Shown: positions 8,794 through 19,255 of the stretch, piece after piece | Position numbering within the stretch: position 1 is the stretch's first letter | Layout: every line of letters begins with the position of its first letter | Source: Terriglobia bacterium | GTDB lineage: Bacteria > Acidobacteriota > Terriglobia > 20CM-2-55-15 | Length of the DNA: 64,000 bases | Direction of reading: 5' to 3' | NCBI GenBank assembly: GCA_965218585.1 | Contig: CBDCLE010000019.1 | Coordinates: 32,001-96,000 of the forward strand | Program-made: the position numbers and the translations under genes | Notes under the pieces: generated by a model | What the model saw: the letters and a program-made list of their open reading frames with translations, nothing else | The model's database searches: none | Told to the model about the DNA's origin: nothing

Positions 8794-8841
8794 GCCCAAC
8801 GGACCGGCATCACGGACTGCCAGCTTCATGCTTTGTTATGC
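8794..8841 (-). other. Internally deleted attC-like site
   Basis: Minus strand GCATAAC-AAAGCATGAAGCTGGCAGTCCGTGATGCCGGTCC-GTTGGGC has an inverse core at the stop codon and a GTTRRRY core. Confidence 0.6.
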
Positions 8842-9210
8842 GCCGTTCCATTGCGCAAGGTGTAGTAGCACACCTGAAGGGTCCCACACGTATGTCACCA
8901 GCGCTCCGTACGACTCCTGTTTCGGTGCTCTGACGCGTACGTCAGGAAATGTGTTCGACTCGACAAGAGATGCCACTCGATCATAGCAGGCCTGAGCATC
9001 AGCTACGGTCACATGAAGCATGAAGTTTTCAGCCCATTCTTTCGCGTAGTAGTTCTGCAGATAGAAACGTTGGTCCGCCACCTCTAAGAGGGCAAGATTG
9101 TCATCTCCCCATTTCACCGTCCAGCCGAGCGATTCGTAGAACGCCTTCGATATCGAGAAGTCCTTTGCAGGCACGAAGACCCTGACGTCTGTGATCTCCA
9201 GGTTGGTCAC
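8836..9210 (-). CDS. VOC/glyoxalase family protein
   Basis: FVPAKDFSISKAFY, FYLQNYY..WAENFM, WDPSGVLLH. Confidence 0.85.
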   Translation of the reverse strand: MTNLEITDVRVFVPAKDFSISKAFYESLGWTVKWGDDNLALLEVADQRFYLQNYYAKEWAENFMLHVTVADAQACYDRVASLVESNTFPDVRVRAPKQESYGALVTYVWDPSGVLLHLAQWNGA

Positions 9211-9273
9211 TTCATTCCCTCGTGTGCCATGATCGGCCACGGTTGTTTCATGCGCTTCTCCTTGGGCAGGGGA

Positions 9274-9294
9274 GGCTGGAGCGAATTGTTAGCC
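9274..9294 (-). other. attC-like 5' remnant
   Basis: Minus strand GGCTAACAATTCGCTCCAGCC starts at the TAA stop. Confidence 0.5.
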
Positions 9295-9621
9295 TCCGAT
9301 CTTTGTGCCCTCGGCCACGAGGACTAATTCATCACGATGAAGCTGCACTTCCCCCGCGGCAAATAAATCTTTCCCCTTTTGCCTAAGACGAGAAGCGTGC
9401 TTTTCATAATAGTTCTGAAGTGATTGCATCGTCTCGAAAAGATAATGGGTTTCGAATTCGGTTTCCGATTTCCTAAACACGCGACATTCAATGCAGCCTG
9501 GCACTTCAAGAAGATCGTCTCCGTGCTCATTCAACATCCAGGAATAGAATCTCTCACCCGCTTCTTTGGATTGCGCGGTTGCGCTCACGCGGTACAAGAC
9601 CGTTTGCTTGATAGCTTTCAT
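9289..9621 (-). CDS. DUF4286-like dimeric alpha-beta barrel protein
   Basis: VLYRV, WMLNEHGDDLLEVPG, LQNYYEKHASRLR. Confidence 0.7.
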   Translation of the reverse strand: MKAIKQTVLYRVSATAQSKEAGERFYSWMLNEHGDDLLEVPGCIECRVFRKSETEFETHYLFETMQSLQNYYEKHASRLRQKGKDLFAAGEVQLHRDELVLVAEGTKIGG

Positions 9622-9685
9622 TCGATTTCCCTGCGGACAGCCCCGGAATCTAACATCTAAGTCGACTGCAAAGCCCCCACGTACA

Positions 9686-11242
9686 ACGCTATAAGGAAGG
9701 ACGCCCCTTTGTCGGCTGTTGCCAGGAGGAAAATCTCCCGACAACAACCCATTCAACGTAGCTGCGTTGAATTCAAAGACAAAGGAGCACGTAAATGAAA
9801 CAGGCCAAGTATATCGGCATGGATGTGCACCAGGCAACGACGGTGGTGATGGTCTTAAACGCAGACGGCAAACTGGTCTGGGAAAAGATCGTAGAGACCC
9901 AGGCCGGGCCAATCATTGATTTGCTGGAGAGTCTGAGTGGTGAGCTGCACGTGACGTTTGAAGAAACCACGCAGGCCGAATGGCTCTACAACGTGGTCCG
10001 GGGATATGTGAGCGAAGTGATCGTGTGTGATCCCAGACGGAACAAACTGCTCAGTGACGGGTCCAAGACCGACCGGGTGGATGCCCTGAAACTGGCCGAG
10101 CTGCTCCGGGCCGGATGGCTGCGGTCGGTCTACCACGGGCACGATGCGACGCGGACGTTGAAAGAACTGGTCCGCGGATATGAGACCTTGACCCTGGATA
10201 CGCAGCGGACGATGGTTCGGATCAAGGCAATGTATCGAGGACGTGGGATCCGGACGCCGGGCCACGGCGTCTACCTCCCATCGCAGCGGGAACACTGGAT
10301 CGAACAGCTCGCCAATACCGGTGCACGGCGGCGTACCGGATGGTTGTATGAGGAGCTGGATCATCTGAGAGGGTTAAGAAAAAAAGCGAAGCTGGCGATG
10401 TTAACCGAGAGCTGCAAGCATCGTGCGGTGGGGATATTGCAGACGATTCCCCAGTTGGGACCGATACGTTGCGCCTTGATTGTAGCGACGGGGGACACCC
10501 CGCATCGATTTCGAACCAAACGCCAGCTCTGGAACTACAGCGGTCTGGCCGTGGCAATGCACATGAGTGCGGAGTATGAGCAGGAAGGGAGTCGTGTGGT
10601 ACGTCGTCGAAAGCCGATCGCCACGCGGGGACTGAACCGCAACGGCAACCGACGTTTGAAAGATGTGTTCATCGGGGCGGCGACCGGAGGCATGGGGGCC
10701 GAACCTTGGAAAAGCTACCTGGAGGGGCTCCAGAAAGACGGCAAGCGTAAGGAGATGGCTCGGCTGACACTGGCGAGGAAGATTGCAGCGACCGCACTGA
10801 AGATGTGGAAGAAAGGAGACACGTTTAACGCAAAGAAACTGAACTTGGCGACATAGCCGTTTCCAGACTTCTGCCGACAGCGCGAGGCATTCGACCGCTC
10901 GTCGTCGGTGAGGCGTCGGAACGGTAGGGTCGAGGGTGAGGATCCGATACGCGGTTGGCACACAGCGCTTGCTGAAGGCCCATGTAATACTCTATCCCCC
11001 CTCGCACGACCTGGAAAAGCGATAGCCCTCGAGGCTCAGATAGAACCGTGGTCGGCAATCACGACCCCTTTGCGCTTTTCAGTTTCTCGAAACCACACCA
11101 CGTTGTGATGAGTGATCGACTTCTCTGCGATGCCGGATCAACAGTTCGTCTCAACGGAGACAGGGGCTGGCTGCCACGACAGTGTTGGGTCCGGTGGTCC
11201 GCTCGGCGGGGACGTGTTTCTCTTGACAGCCCCTTCCATAGA
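9686..11242 (+). mobile_element. IS110 family element, IS1111-like (ends approximate)
   Basis: Subterminal IR-like AAGGAAGG(9693)/CCTTCCAT(11232-11239). TTGACA at the right end and TATAAG at the left end. Long 3' non-coding end. Confidence 0.7.
9795..10856 (+). CDS. IS110 family DEDD transposase/recombinase
   Basis: YIGMDVH, TFEE, KTDRVDA, TIPQLGPI, ARKIA. SD AAGGAG. Confidence 0.92.
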   Translation: MKQAKYIGMDVHQATTVVMVLNADGKLVWEKIVETQAGPIIDLLESLSGELHVTFEETTQAEWLYNVVRGYVSEVIVCDPRRNKLLSDGSKTDRVDALKLAELLRAGWLRSVYHGHDATRTLKELVRGYETLTLDTQRTMVRIKAMYRGRGIRTPGHGVYLPSQREHWIEQLANTGARRRTGWLYEELDHLRGLRKKAKLAMLTESCKHRAVGILQTIPQLGPIRCALIVATGDTPHRFRTKRQLWNYSGLAVAMHMSAEYEQEGSRVVRRRKPIATRGLNRNGNRRLKDVFIGAATGGMGAEPWKSYLEGLQKDGKRKEMARLTLARKIAATALKMWKKGDTFNAKKLNLAT

Positions 11243-11487
11243 ACCGCGTTTTCGTCGCAATTTTTTGTACGAGCTGGTTGAGCCGACTGATGCTTTAAGT
11301 GATTAACAGGGCTTAGCTTACACCTGTTCAGTCCGGTTGGGGCAATGTAATTATGCGGCTGGATTGGAGGCACAAGTCCCTAACTGATGATGCGACTTGC
11401 GTGGCCGGGCTCACCTACTGCCAGTCCCAAAGGGCTCTAGGTTAGGGGTTGCACAGGGGAGTGACGTATCCATTACCATGGAGGCCC

Positions 11488-13446
11488 ATGCGCATCGGTA
11501 TCGATACGGGCGGGACGTTCACGGACTTCGTGTCGATTCGCGACAATCGGATCCAGATACTGAAGGAACCGTCCACTCCTCAATCACCCGAGCAGGCTAT
11601 CCTGACGGGTCTGGGACGACTTGACGCGTCCGTTGATACAGGCCTGGACGTTGTTCATGGATCCACCGTCGCGACCAATGCGTTGCTCGAACGCAAGGGT
11701 GCTCGGACAGCACTGATCACAACGGCTGGCTTCGAAGACGTGTTGGTTATCGGTCGACAGACTCGTCCCAATCTCTACGACATCTTTACGACACGGCTGC
11801 CGCCTCTGGTCGGAGACCGGCTTCGAGTAAGTGTCTCCCAACGTACTCTTCACGACGGTACTGCAGCGGTTCCGTTGGATCGAGCCGAACTGAAAGAGCT
11901 GGTATACGGACTTCAGCGCGACGGTGTGGAGTCGATTGCGGTGTCTCTCCTGTTTAGTTTCCAGAATCCTTCCGACGAGCTTGAGATACGGAAGGCGTGT
12001 ACCACACTCGACATTCCGGTGTCCCTGTCTTCGGACATTCTTCCCGAATATCGTGAGTACGAACGGACCTCGACGACAGTGGTGAACGCTTATCTCGCGC
12101 CTGTCATGAATCGTTACCTCGGTCGGTTGGAGAGTGCGCTTTCCGGTTCCCGATTGCGCGTGATGCAGTCCAATGGGGGTGCGGTCAGGACAGGGACTGC
12201 AGCCGCCGAACCGGTGCGAACAATTTTGTCCGGTCCGGCCGGCGGTGTAGTCGGGGCCTTGTCCCTGGCCAATCGAGCTGGATTTTCGAAGATCATCACT
12301 TTTGACATGGGAGGAACGTCGACCGACGTGGCTCTGTTGGACGGCGAGATACGGTTGACGCATGAGAACGAAGTCGGAGAGATGCCGATCGGTATCCCGA
12401 TGATGGACATCCATACTGTCGGTGCCGGCGGCGGTTCGATCGCGCGAGTGGACGCAGGAGGAGCTCTCCGAGTCGGTCCTGAAAGTGCAGGTGCCCAACC
12501 GGGTCCGATCTGTTATGGGAAGGGATCCGACCTCACCGTGACCGACGCCAATGTCCTGCTCGGACGTCTGCGGCCCGAGTTCTTCCTCGGGGGCGAAATG
12601 AAACTGCAGACGGAAAGGATTGGAACCGTTCTAGGGAGCAATCGATGGGTTCGCAAGTGGCGAAACATGGAGAGCATGGCGGCTGGCGTCATTGACGTCG
12701 TGAACAACAACATGGAGCAGGCCATCCGTTTGATTTCGGTTGAGCGCGGTCATGACGTTCGGGAGTTTACGCTTGTCTGCTTCGGCGGCGGCGGCGCACT
12801 CCATGCCGCGACATTGGCCGCAAACCTCGGCATTCCGCGTGTTGTCGTGCCGCCGTATCCGGGAGCTCTATCGGCCTTGGGTCTCCTGCTGGCCGATGCG
12901 CGAAAGGACTATTCGAAGACGCTGCTCGGAGTGCGCCCGACGCGTTCGAATATTCGAAAGTTTCTGGCCTCGTTGCATCGGGAAGGGATGGCCGATCTCG
13001 GGGACGAGGGTTTCCGCCGCCGCGATATTGCGGTCATCGATTTTCTGGACGTTCGGTATATGGGTCAGTCCTATGAATTGACGATCCCGTACTCCACCGA
13101 TTGGCAAGTGTCGTTCCATCGAGCGCATGAGAAGCGCTACGGCCATTCGAATCCCGACGGTTCCCTCGAAGTTGTCAACGTGCGGTCGACCCTTCTGGGG
13201 AGAACCACTAAACCGGAACTTCCCCGCTCTCGCCGAAGCCGCCGGCGCCCAATTCCCGTCGAAACGGTTCGTGTCTGGTCTGGTCGATGGATAAAGGCTG
13301 ACGTGTATGACAGACAGATGTTGAAATACGGAAACGTCGTTCGGGGACCGGCGATAGTCGGCGAGTACAGCTCGACAACTTTTGTGTCACCCGGATTCCG
13401 TTGCGATGTGGATAGGTTTGGAAATTTGGTACTTACAAAAGGATGA
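11488..13446 (+). CDS. Hydantoinase A/5-oxoprolinase family, ATP-binding subunit
   Basis: IGIDTGGTFTD, HGSTVATNALLE, SGPAGG, DMGGTSTD, GAGGGSIA. Confidence 0.93.
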   Translation: MRIGIDTGGTFTDFVSIRDNRIQILKEPSTPQSPEQAILTGLGRLDASVDTGLDVVHGSTVATNALLERKGARTALITTAGFEDVLVIGRQTRPNLYDIFTTRLPPLVGDRLRVSVSQRTLHDGTAAVPLDRAELKELVYGLQRDGVESIAVSLLFSFQNPSDELEIRKACTTLDIPVSLSSDILPEYREYERTSTTVVNAYLAPVMNRYLGRLESALSGSRLRVMQSNGGAVRTGTAAAEPVRTILSGPAGGVVGALSLANRAGFSKIITFDMGGTSTDVALLDGEIRLTHENEVGEMPIGIPMMDIHTVGAGGGSIARVDAGGALRVGPESAGAQPGPICYGKGSDLTVTDANVLLGRLRPEFFLGGEMKLQTERIGTVLGSNRWVRKWRNMESMAAGVIDVVNNNMEQAIRLISVERGHDVREFTLVCFGGGGALHAATLAANLGIPRVVVPPYPGALSALGLLLADARKDYSKTLLGVRPTRSNIRKFLASLHREGMADLGDEGFRRRDIAVIDFLDVRYMGQSYELTIPYSTDWQVSFHRAHEKRYGHSNPDGSLEVVNVRSTLLGRTTKPELPRSRRSRRRPIPVETVRVWSGRWIKADVYDRQMLKYGNVVRGPAIVGEYSSTTFVSPGFRCDVDRFGNLVLTKG

Positions 13447-13483
13447 AGAAGATCATTCATCACAGAGGCGCAGAGAACTGAAG

Positions 13484-15067
13484 ATGAAAGTCGACCCGGT
13501 AAAACTGGAGATATTCAAGAGCCTCTTCCACTCTATCGCAGAGGAAATGGGAGCGACGCTCAGGCGGACTGCGTATTCTCCCAACATCAAGGAAAGGCGC
13601 GACTATTCCTGTGCAGTTTTTGACAACCAGGGACGGATGGTCGCCCAGGGAGATCATATGCCGGTCCATCTGGGTTCTATGCCACTGTCGGTTGCTGCAG
13701 CGATCGGTAATCGGGACATCGGACCGGGCGACATGGTCATGTTGAACGATCCCTACGCGGGAGGGACCCACCTGCCCGACATCACGCTTGTCTCGGGTGT
13801 TTTCGATAAGAAGAGATTGCTCTTCTACGTTGCGTGCCGGGCCCATCATTCCGACGTGGGAGGAATGTCTCCGGGCTCGATGCCGCTGGCCGAGGAAATC
13901 TACCAGGAAGGACTGCGCATCCCACCCGTCAAACTGCTTTCCGGCGGGAAGCTCAATCCGGACGTCTGGGATCTGGTCCTGGCGAATGTCCGAACGCCGG
14001 AGGAGCGCAAGGGGGATCTGGCCGCCATGTTGGCTGCGAATCGGACCGGGGAGAGCCGGTTGCTCGAGATCGTCCGGAAGAATGGACTGAGGGAGGTGCG
14101 AAGCTACGTTTCGGAATTGCTGAACTACACGGAACGGATGACACGGCACGTCATATCTCAGATCCCGAACGGCACATACAAAGCCGAGGACGTCCTCGAC
14201 GACGACGGGTTATCCGAAGGCCCGATAAGCATAAGAGTTCAAATTGACATCCGCGGCAATCGCGCGCGAATCGATTTTTCAGGTTCCGATCCGCAAGCGT
14301 CGGGAAGTGTCAATGCGGTCTACGCGATTACGGCATCCGTAGTCTTCTACGTGTTCCGCACGCTGGTTCCGGTATCGATTCCCTCGACAGAAGGCGGCAT
14401 GCGCCCACTGGAAATCATCGCGCCCGAGGGCACGATCGTGAACGCGCGCCCGCCGGCAGCTGTATCGGGGGGTAACGTCGAAACCTCTCAGCGCATTGTG
14501 GACGTTCTCTACAAGTGCCTCGCCAAGGCCCTTCCGGATAGAGTTCCGGCAGCCAGTCAGGGAACGATGAACAACGTGACCTTTGGAGGAACGAATCCCA
14601 GCGGACAACCGTTTGCTTATTACGAGACGATCGCAGGAGGGATGGGAGCGCGGCCTGGGATGGACGGGATGTCCGGTGTCCATACTCACATGACCAACTC
14701 GATGAACACGCCGATCGAGGCGATCGAGTATGTCTATCCTGTGCAGATTGAACGGTACGGGTTACGTCCCGACTCGGGTGGAGACGGTCGATGGCGTGGA
14801 GGCGACGGCATCGTTCGCGAAATTCGTTTTCTGACGCCAGCCGAGGTGACAGTCCTGTCTGAACGTCGAAGTTCACCTCCCTACGGTTTGAGCGGTGGCG
14901 ATCCTGGCCTGACGGGACGAAACCGCGTGATTCGTCGGGACGGGTCGGTCGAAGAATTTGGATCGAAGTTCACCACACGCGCTGCGGTCGGGGATATTCT
15001 TTCTGTCGAGACACCTGGAGGCGGAGGATGGGGTCGAAAGCAACCGAAGAGGGTTGAAAAGGTTTAG
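13484..15067 (+). CDS. Hydantoinase B/5-oxoprolinase family subunit
   Basis: SPNIKERRDYSCA, PVHLGSM, NDPYAGGTHLPD, ETPGGGGWG. Confidence 0.93.
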   Translation: MKVDPVKLEIFKSLFHSIAEEMGATLRRTAYSPNIKERRDYSCAVFDNQGRMVAQGDHMPVHLGSMPLSVAAAIGNRDIGPGDMVMLNDPYAGGTHLPDITLVSGVFDKKRLLFYVACRAHHSDVGGMSPGSMPLAEEIYQEGLRIPPVKLLSGGKLNPDVWDLVLANVRTPEERKGDLAAMLAANRTGESRLLEIVRKNGLREVRSYVSELLNYTERMTRHVISQIPNGTYKAEDVLDDDGLSEGPISIRVQIDIRGNRARIDFSGSDPQASGSVNAVYAITASVVFYVFRTLVPVSIPSTEGGMRPLEIIAPEGTIVNARPPAAVSGGNVETSQRIVDVLYKCLAKALPDRVPAASQGTMNNVTFGGTNPSGQPFAYYETIAGGMGARPGMDGMSGVHTHMTNSMNTPIEAIEYVYPVQIERYGLRPDSGGDGRWRGGDGIVREIRFLTPAEVTVLSERRSSPPYGLSGGDPGLTGRNRVIRRDGSVEEFGSKFTTRAAVGDILSVETPGGGGWGRKQPKRVEKV

Positions 15068-15119
15068 TGAGGCGGACTTTTTGGTCCGCCTCACGTACGG
15101 CCTGCCGGAAGGAGTGAGA

Positions 15120-15719
15120 TCAGCTCGCCTCGATCTGCAAGTTGTTAATGACCTCGAACGCCGCTGTTGCTGCGAGGACACTGTTCTCGGCAAGTATCCG
15201 GTCCATCTCGTTTCGGACTACACCTTCGAGACGAACCCGTCTGTTGGTCACGATGACGTGGATCGGTGGTCTGACCAGTCGGGAAAGAATGGGTAGCGTT
15301 TCCTCGCTGTAAATTGCGTTGACAGCCGCCAGACGGATCTGGTCGTCCCATGTGGACTGGGGCAGCACTTCGAGGTTGTTGATAACCCTCGCGACATCTG
15401 ACACGCGCGCCACTGTAGCTTCGTAGCCGCCCCTCTGGAAAGGCTCACGGACTACTCCGTTCAATGTTACGACGCCATCTTCGACTGTGGCCGTGACCCA
15501 GCCGTAGATATCGAAATGAGAGTACCGCCGAATTGAGCTGGCGACGGTTTCAGCAAGTGTCCGATCGAATTCGGTAACGTCAGCCGCCTGTCCGACATCA
15601 ATGTCGGAGACAACTGCGGGTGCTGAATCTGCCGGTGCCGCATCGAGCGCAGGAACCAACGCGCTTAAGCTGAAAAGCATGACGAACACAGCAACTGAGA
15701 GCAGAGATTTTGTCATCAC
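15120..15719 (-). CDS. BON domain-containing secreted protein
   Basis: Signal peptide and two BON-like repeats (GVVTLNGVV...VINNLEV; VRLEGVV...VINNLQI). Confidence 0.85.
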   Translation of the reverse strand: MMTKSLLSVAVFVMLFSLSALVPALDAAPADSAPAVVSDIDVGQAADVTEFDRTLAETVASSIRRYSHFDIYGWVTATVEDGVVTLNGVVREPFQRGGYEATVARVSDVARVINNLEVLPQSTWDDQIRLAAVNAIYSEETLPILSRLVRPPIHVIVTNRRVRLEGVVRNEMDRILAENSVLAATAAFEVINNLQIEAS

Positions 15720-15909
15720 AAGTCCTCCTTGAACTTACCCATGTTTGACGGGAGGATGGTGATTTGGTGAGCGCGACAGGGAAGCGTTTGATGTCGACTA
15801 TGGAATCAAAGTTCGGAACTGGGGGTCGTGTTGTTGCCTTCAAGCGACGACTGTGTACAGAAATCTCTCTTCTGGTTCACAGGGCGTGGTAGGTAGCGTC
15901 AGTCTGTGG

Positions 15910-16533
15910 TTAATCCGCTGCCGGATGCTGGGTCAACCCCTCCCAGCTACCCTTTATATCCCCCCCGTGCAACTCGCACTTGTGCGGGAAGTCCAGATCG
16001 CACTGAGGAATCGGTTTACGCAACTTTGGGTCCATGAGCTCGTGGATATCCAGCCGCATGGCTTCTCTCGAGTAAGCGGCCAGATCGAGAATTCCGGTGT
16101 CCATCCGGATGGCATCCTCAGGGCAGACCTCGACACAGTACCCGCAATAGACGCAGACTCCCAGGTCGATGTCGAAGCGCACCGGGTACTTCTCGACGTT
16201 CGGATCGGGGTGCTCCCCGGCCACGATGGTAATGCACCTGGCGGGGCAAACCGTTTCGCAGAGCATGCACCCCACGCAGCGTGGCGTGTTGTTGTCGCGC
16301 ACGGTCAGCCGATGCCTGCTTCGGTAACGGGACATCAGTGGCCGGAGTTCTTCAGGGTACTGGATGGTGGCCGCGGCAGAAACGTTCTTGAAACGGCCCA
16401 GTTGGTGGGCCGCATGGAGAAAAAGATTTCGGAAGAAGTGTTTCGAAGTGATTCTGAAGCCAGAGATGATCTGGGGGATGTAAAGCCTTTCCCAGAAAGT
16501 CAGTTCCGGTCTCTGGACAACTCTGACGGCCAC
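15910..16533 (-). CDS. nuoI: NADH-quinone oxidoreductase subunit I
   Basis: TIQYPE, CVGCMLCETVCP, CVYCGYCVEVCP. Confidence 0.93.
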   Translation of the reverse strand: MAVRVVQRPELTFWERLYIPQIISGFRITSKHFFRNLFLHAAHQLGRFKNVSAAATIQYPEELRPLMSRYRSRHRLTVRDNNTPRCVGCMLCETVCPARCITIVAGEHPDPNVEKYPVRFDIDLGVCVYCGYCVEVCPEDAIRMDTGILDLAAYSREAMRLDIHELMDPKLRKPIPQCDLDFPHKCELHGGDIKGSWEGLTQHPAAD

Positions 16534-17624
16534 TAGGATCCCTCTCCAAAAAACATCAGCACGCCGGCTGTGACTACAATGTTAACCACCGCGATCGGAA
16601 ACAATCCCCGCCAGCCCAATTTCATGAGCTGGTCATAACGGAAGCGCGGCAGGGTCCAACGGAGTTGCATGAACACCCAGCAAAAAATCACGACCTTGGT
16701 CGAAAAGCTCGCCACACCAAGGAGCACGTAGACCCAGTTGGAAAGGAGGATCTCCCCTCCCCAGGGGAAGTGAAAACCGTCCGGCATGAGAAAGGGCACC
16801 TGCCACCCACCGAAAAAGAGCGTGGTCGACAAGCTGGCCACCATGATGGTCTCCAGGAAGTCCGTGAGGAAGAACATCCCGAACTTCATTCCGCTGTACT
16901 CGACGAAATACCCGATGATCTCCGATTCGCCTTCAGGCATGTCGAAGGGCATCCGCTTGGTTTCGGCCAGCGCGGCTGTCAGAAAGACGACAAAGGCCAC
17001 CGGTTGGGCGACGATGCCCCAGAAAGGGATCCAACCGCCGATCATCCGCCCCTGGGCTCGCACCAGCTCCGTCAGATCCATGGTTCCGTAAACCATGACC
17101 ACGCCAACGATGGCGACACCCAGAGCGATCTCATAGGAGATCATCTGCGCGGTGGCCCTCAATGCTCCCAGGATCGCGTAATTGCTGCGCGAGGCAAGGC
17201 CGGCGAGGATTACCCCGTAGACCCCGAGGGAGAGCATGGCAAAAATGTAGAGGAGCGCCACATCGATTTTGGCGACCTGGAGTTCAATGACCCTGTCTCC
17301 CAGTATAAGTGTGTCGCCGAAAGGAATCGCGGCGAACGCCACCAAGGCAAAGAACACTGAAAAGAATGGGGCGAGAGTATGGAGGGTCCTGTCTGCTCCG
17401 CTCGGGACGATGTCCTCTTTGGTGAACAGCTTGACCGCGTCGGCCAGACCGTGAAAGAGTCCCAGCAACCGAAAACCAAAAATGTCCGCCCGGTTGGCCC
17501 CTATCCGATCCTGGATCAGGGCGGACTGTTTCCGCTCTGCCCAGGTATGAAGTCCCGCGAAGTTCAGGACCGCGAAAAACACGATCCCTGCCAGCACAAG
17601 CTTGATGACCAGAACTTCTATCAC
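16533..17624 (-). CDS. nuoH: NADH-quinone oxidoreductase subunit H
   Basis: ERK..ALIQDRIG, ADAVKLFTKE, PFDMPEGESE, RWTLPRFRYDQLM. Confidence 0.95.
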   Translation of the reverse strand: MIEVLVIKLVLAGIVFFAVLNFAGLHTWAERKQSALIQDRIGANRADIFGFRLLGLFHGLADAVKLFTKEDIVPSGADRTLHTLAPFFSVFFALVAFAAIPFGDTLILGDRVIELQVAKIDVALLYIFAMLSLGVYGVILAGLASRSNYAILGALRATAQMISYEIALGVAIVGVVMVYGTMDLTELVRAQGRMIGGWIPFWGIVAQPVAFVVFLTAALAETKRMPFDMPEGESEIIGYFVEYSGMKFGMFFLTDFLETIMVASLSTTLFFGGWQVPFLMPDGFHFPWGGEILLSNWVYVLLGVASFSTKVVIFCWVFMQLRWTLPRFRYDQLMKLGWRGLFPIAVVNIVVTAGVLMFFGEGS

Positions 17625-19255
17625 GGAATTGACACCGTTTCAGCAGGCTCGGTTGGCCGGACTTGAACCCCTTGATCGCCGATCGTCTCGTAGCTCAATC
17701 CTCGGAAAGGCGCTTCCGCCCGAGCAAGGCCCACGAAGATTTCTTCGGGCTGTCGCCAGTCCAGTTCGAGCCCGAGCAACCGGGCCAATTCCAGGAGAAC
17801 GCGCCAATCCTCGCGAGAGTCGCCAAGCGGAGGAAACGCCTGGCCGATTCGCTGGACACGTCCGTGGCAATTGACGAAGGTTCCGTCCTTTTCGACATAG
17901 GCCGCGCTGGGCAAGACCCAATGGGCAAATTGTGCGGTCGGATTCTCGTTCGTTCCGGAGAAAACGAAGAGACCCACCTTCTCTCGGAGCTCGGAGACTT
18001 TCTCTTCCCCGAAGAGTTCCACCAGGTCGTGTCCGGTGACCCACAGGACGTCAAGTTTACCTGCGAGCGCGTCGTCCAGGATCTGTTCTGCATCCGGGGT
18101 GTCGGGACCGGATAAGCCCAACAAGCTTGCTCCCATAGTGTTGGGGTTCTTATCCGCCTTGATGAGGAAATCGTCCGTAGAACCCGGCTGTTCAGGAACA
18201 GACGTAGTGACTCGGGAGTCCAGAGCGCGCTCGAAAATCTCCCGGACCAGAAACAGTTCTTCGTTGCTGAGCTGGGCCGAGGCGATCACCCCAATGCGTC
18301 CTCTGGGCAAGCCTCGGACGGCGGTAGAGATCGTGTCAAGAGCCTGATCCCAGGTGTGATCCTCGGTGTTGGGAGCGTCGGCCTTGTCGGCTGATGGTCC
18401 GTACACTTTCAAAAGGCGATTCTGATCGATCCAGCCGAGGCCATAGCGCCCTTCATCGCACAGCCACCATTGGTTCACGTCCGGGTTCTGGCGTGGCTTG
18501 ACACGCACGAGCCGTGCGCTGTCGTTTAGATGGGGTCTGTCCAGAACGTAGTGCAAGTCCATATTGCAGCCCTGGCTGCATCCGTTGCAAACGGTGGGGG
18601 CGCTGGAGAGGTACCAGACCCGTGTCTTGAAACGAAATCTCCGCTCGGTCAGCGCACCGACCGGACAGATGTCCACGACGTTGGCTGAATACGGATTATT
18701 GAGTTCATCGCCAGGATACAACCCCAGCTCGCTGCGGTCCCCACGATTGAAGATGCCGAATTCGCCGGTTTTCGTGATCTCGTCAGTGAAGCGCACGCAA
18801 CGGGAACAAAGGATACAGCGCTCCTGGTCCAGCATCACGTTCGGGCCAAGTGTCACCGCTTTCTGCTTCTTGACTTTGTGCTCCCTGAAGCGAGGATTGT
18901 AGAGCCCGAAGTTCAGGTAGAAGTTCTGCAAGTCGCACTCGCCGGACTGGTCGCAGACCGAGCAGTCGAGCGGGTGGTTCGCCAGGAGAAACTCCAGTAC
19001 CGCGCGCCGTCCGTCCTGGGCTGTGTCACTCTCTGTGTGAACAACCATCCCATCGGTCACCGGAGTGTTGCAGGCGATCTGAAGCTTGGGTGCCTTCTCC
19101 ACCTCCACAAGGCAGATGCGGCAGTTGCCCGCGATAGAAAGTCCGGGATGGTAGCAATAGCGCGGAATGAAAATTCCCAGGGTTTCCGCGGCTTGGATGA
19201 CTGTGGTTCCCTCCTCTACGCTGACCTCCCGGCCGTCAATCGTCAGGTTAGGCAT
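17621..19255 (-). CDS. nuoG: NADH-quinone oxidoreductase subunit G (short form)
   Basis: CYHPGLSIAGNCRICLVE, HPLDCSVCDQSGECDLQ, CILCSRC, CNGCSQGC. Start MPNLTIDG. Confidence 0.92.
   Translation of the reverse strand: MPNLTIDGREVSVEEGTTVIQAAETLGIFIPRYCYHPGLSIAGNCRICLVEVEKAPKLQIACNTPVTDGMVVHTESDTAQDGRRAVLEFLLANHPLDCSVCDQSGECDLQNFYLNFGLYNPRFREHKVKKQKAVTLGPNVMLDQERCILCSRCVRFTDEITKTGEFGIFNRGDRSELGLYPGDELNNPYSANVVDICPVGALTERRFRFKTRVWYLSSAPTVCNGCSQGCNMDLHYVLDRPHLNDSARLVRVKPRQNPDVNQWWLCDEGRYGLGWIDQNRLLKVYGPSADKADAPNTEDHTWDQALDTISTAVRGLPRGRIGVIASAQLSNEELFLVREIFERALDSRVTTSVPEQPGSTDDFLIKADKNPNTMGASLLGLSGPDTPDAEQILDDALAGKLDVLWVTGHDLVELFGEEKVSELREKVGLFVFSGTNENPTAQFAHWVLPSAAYVEKDGTFVNCHGRVQRIGQAFPPLGDSREDWRVLLELARLLGLELDWRQPEEIFVGLARAEAPFRGLSYETIGDQGVQVRPTEPAETVSIP

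Noticed and set aside
11243-11480. Integron integrase or attI next to the cassette array
   Set aside because: No tyrosine recombinase ORF is present
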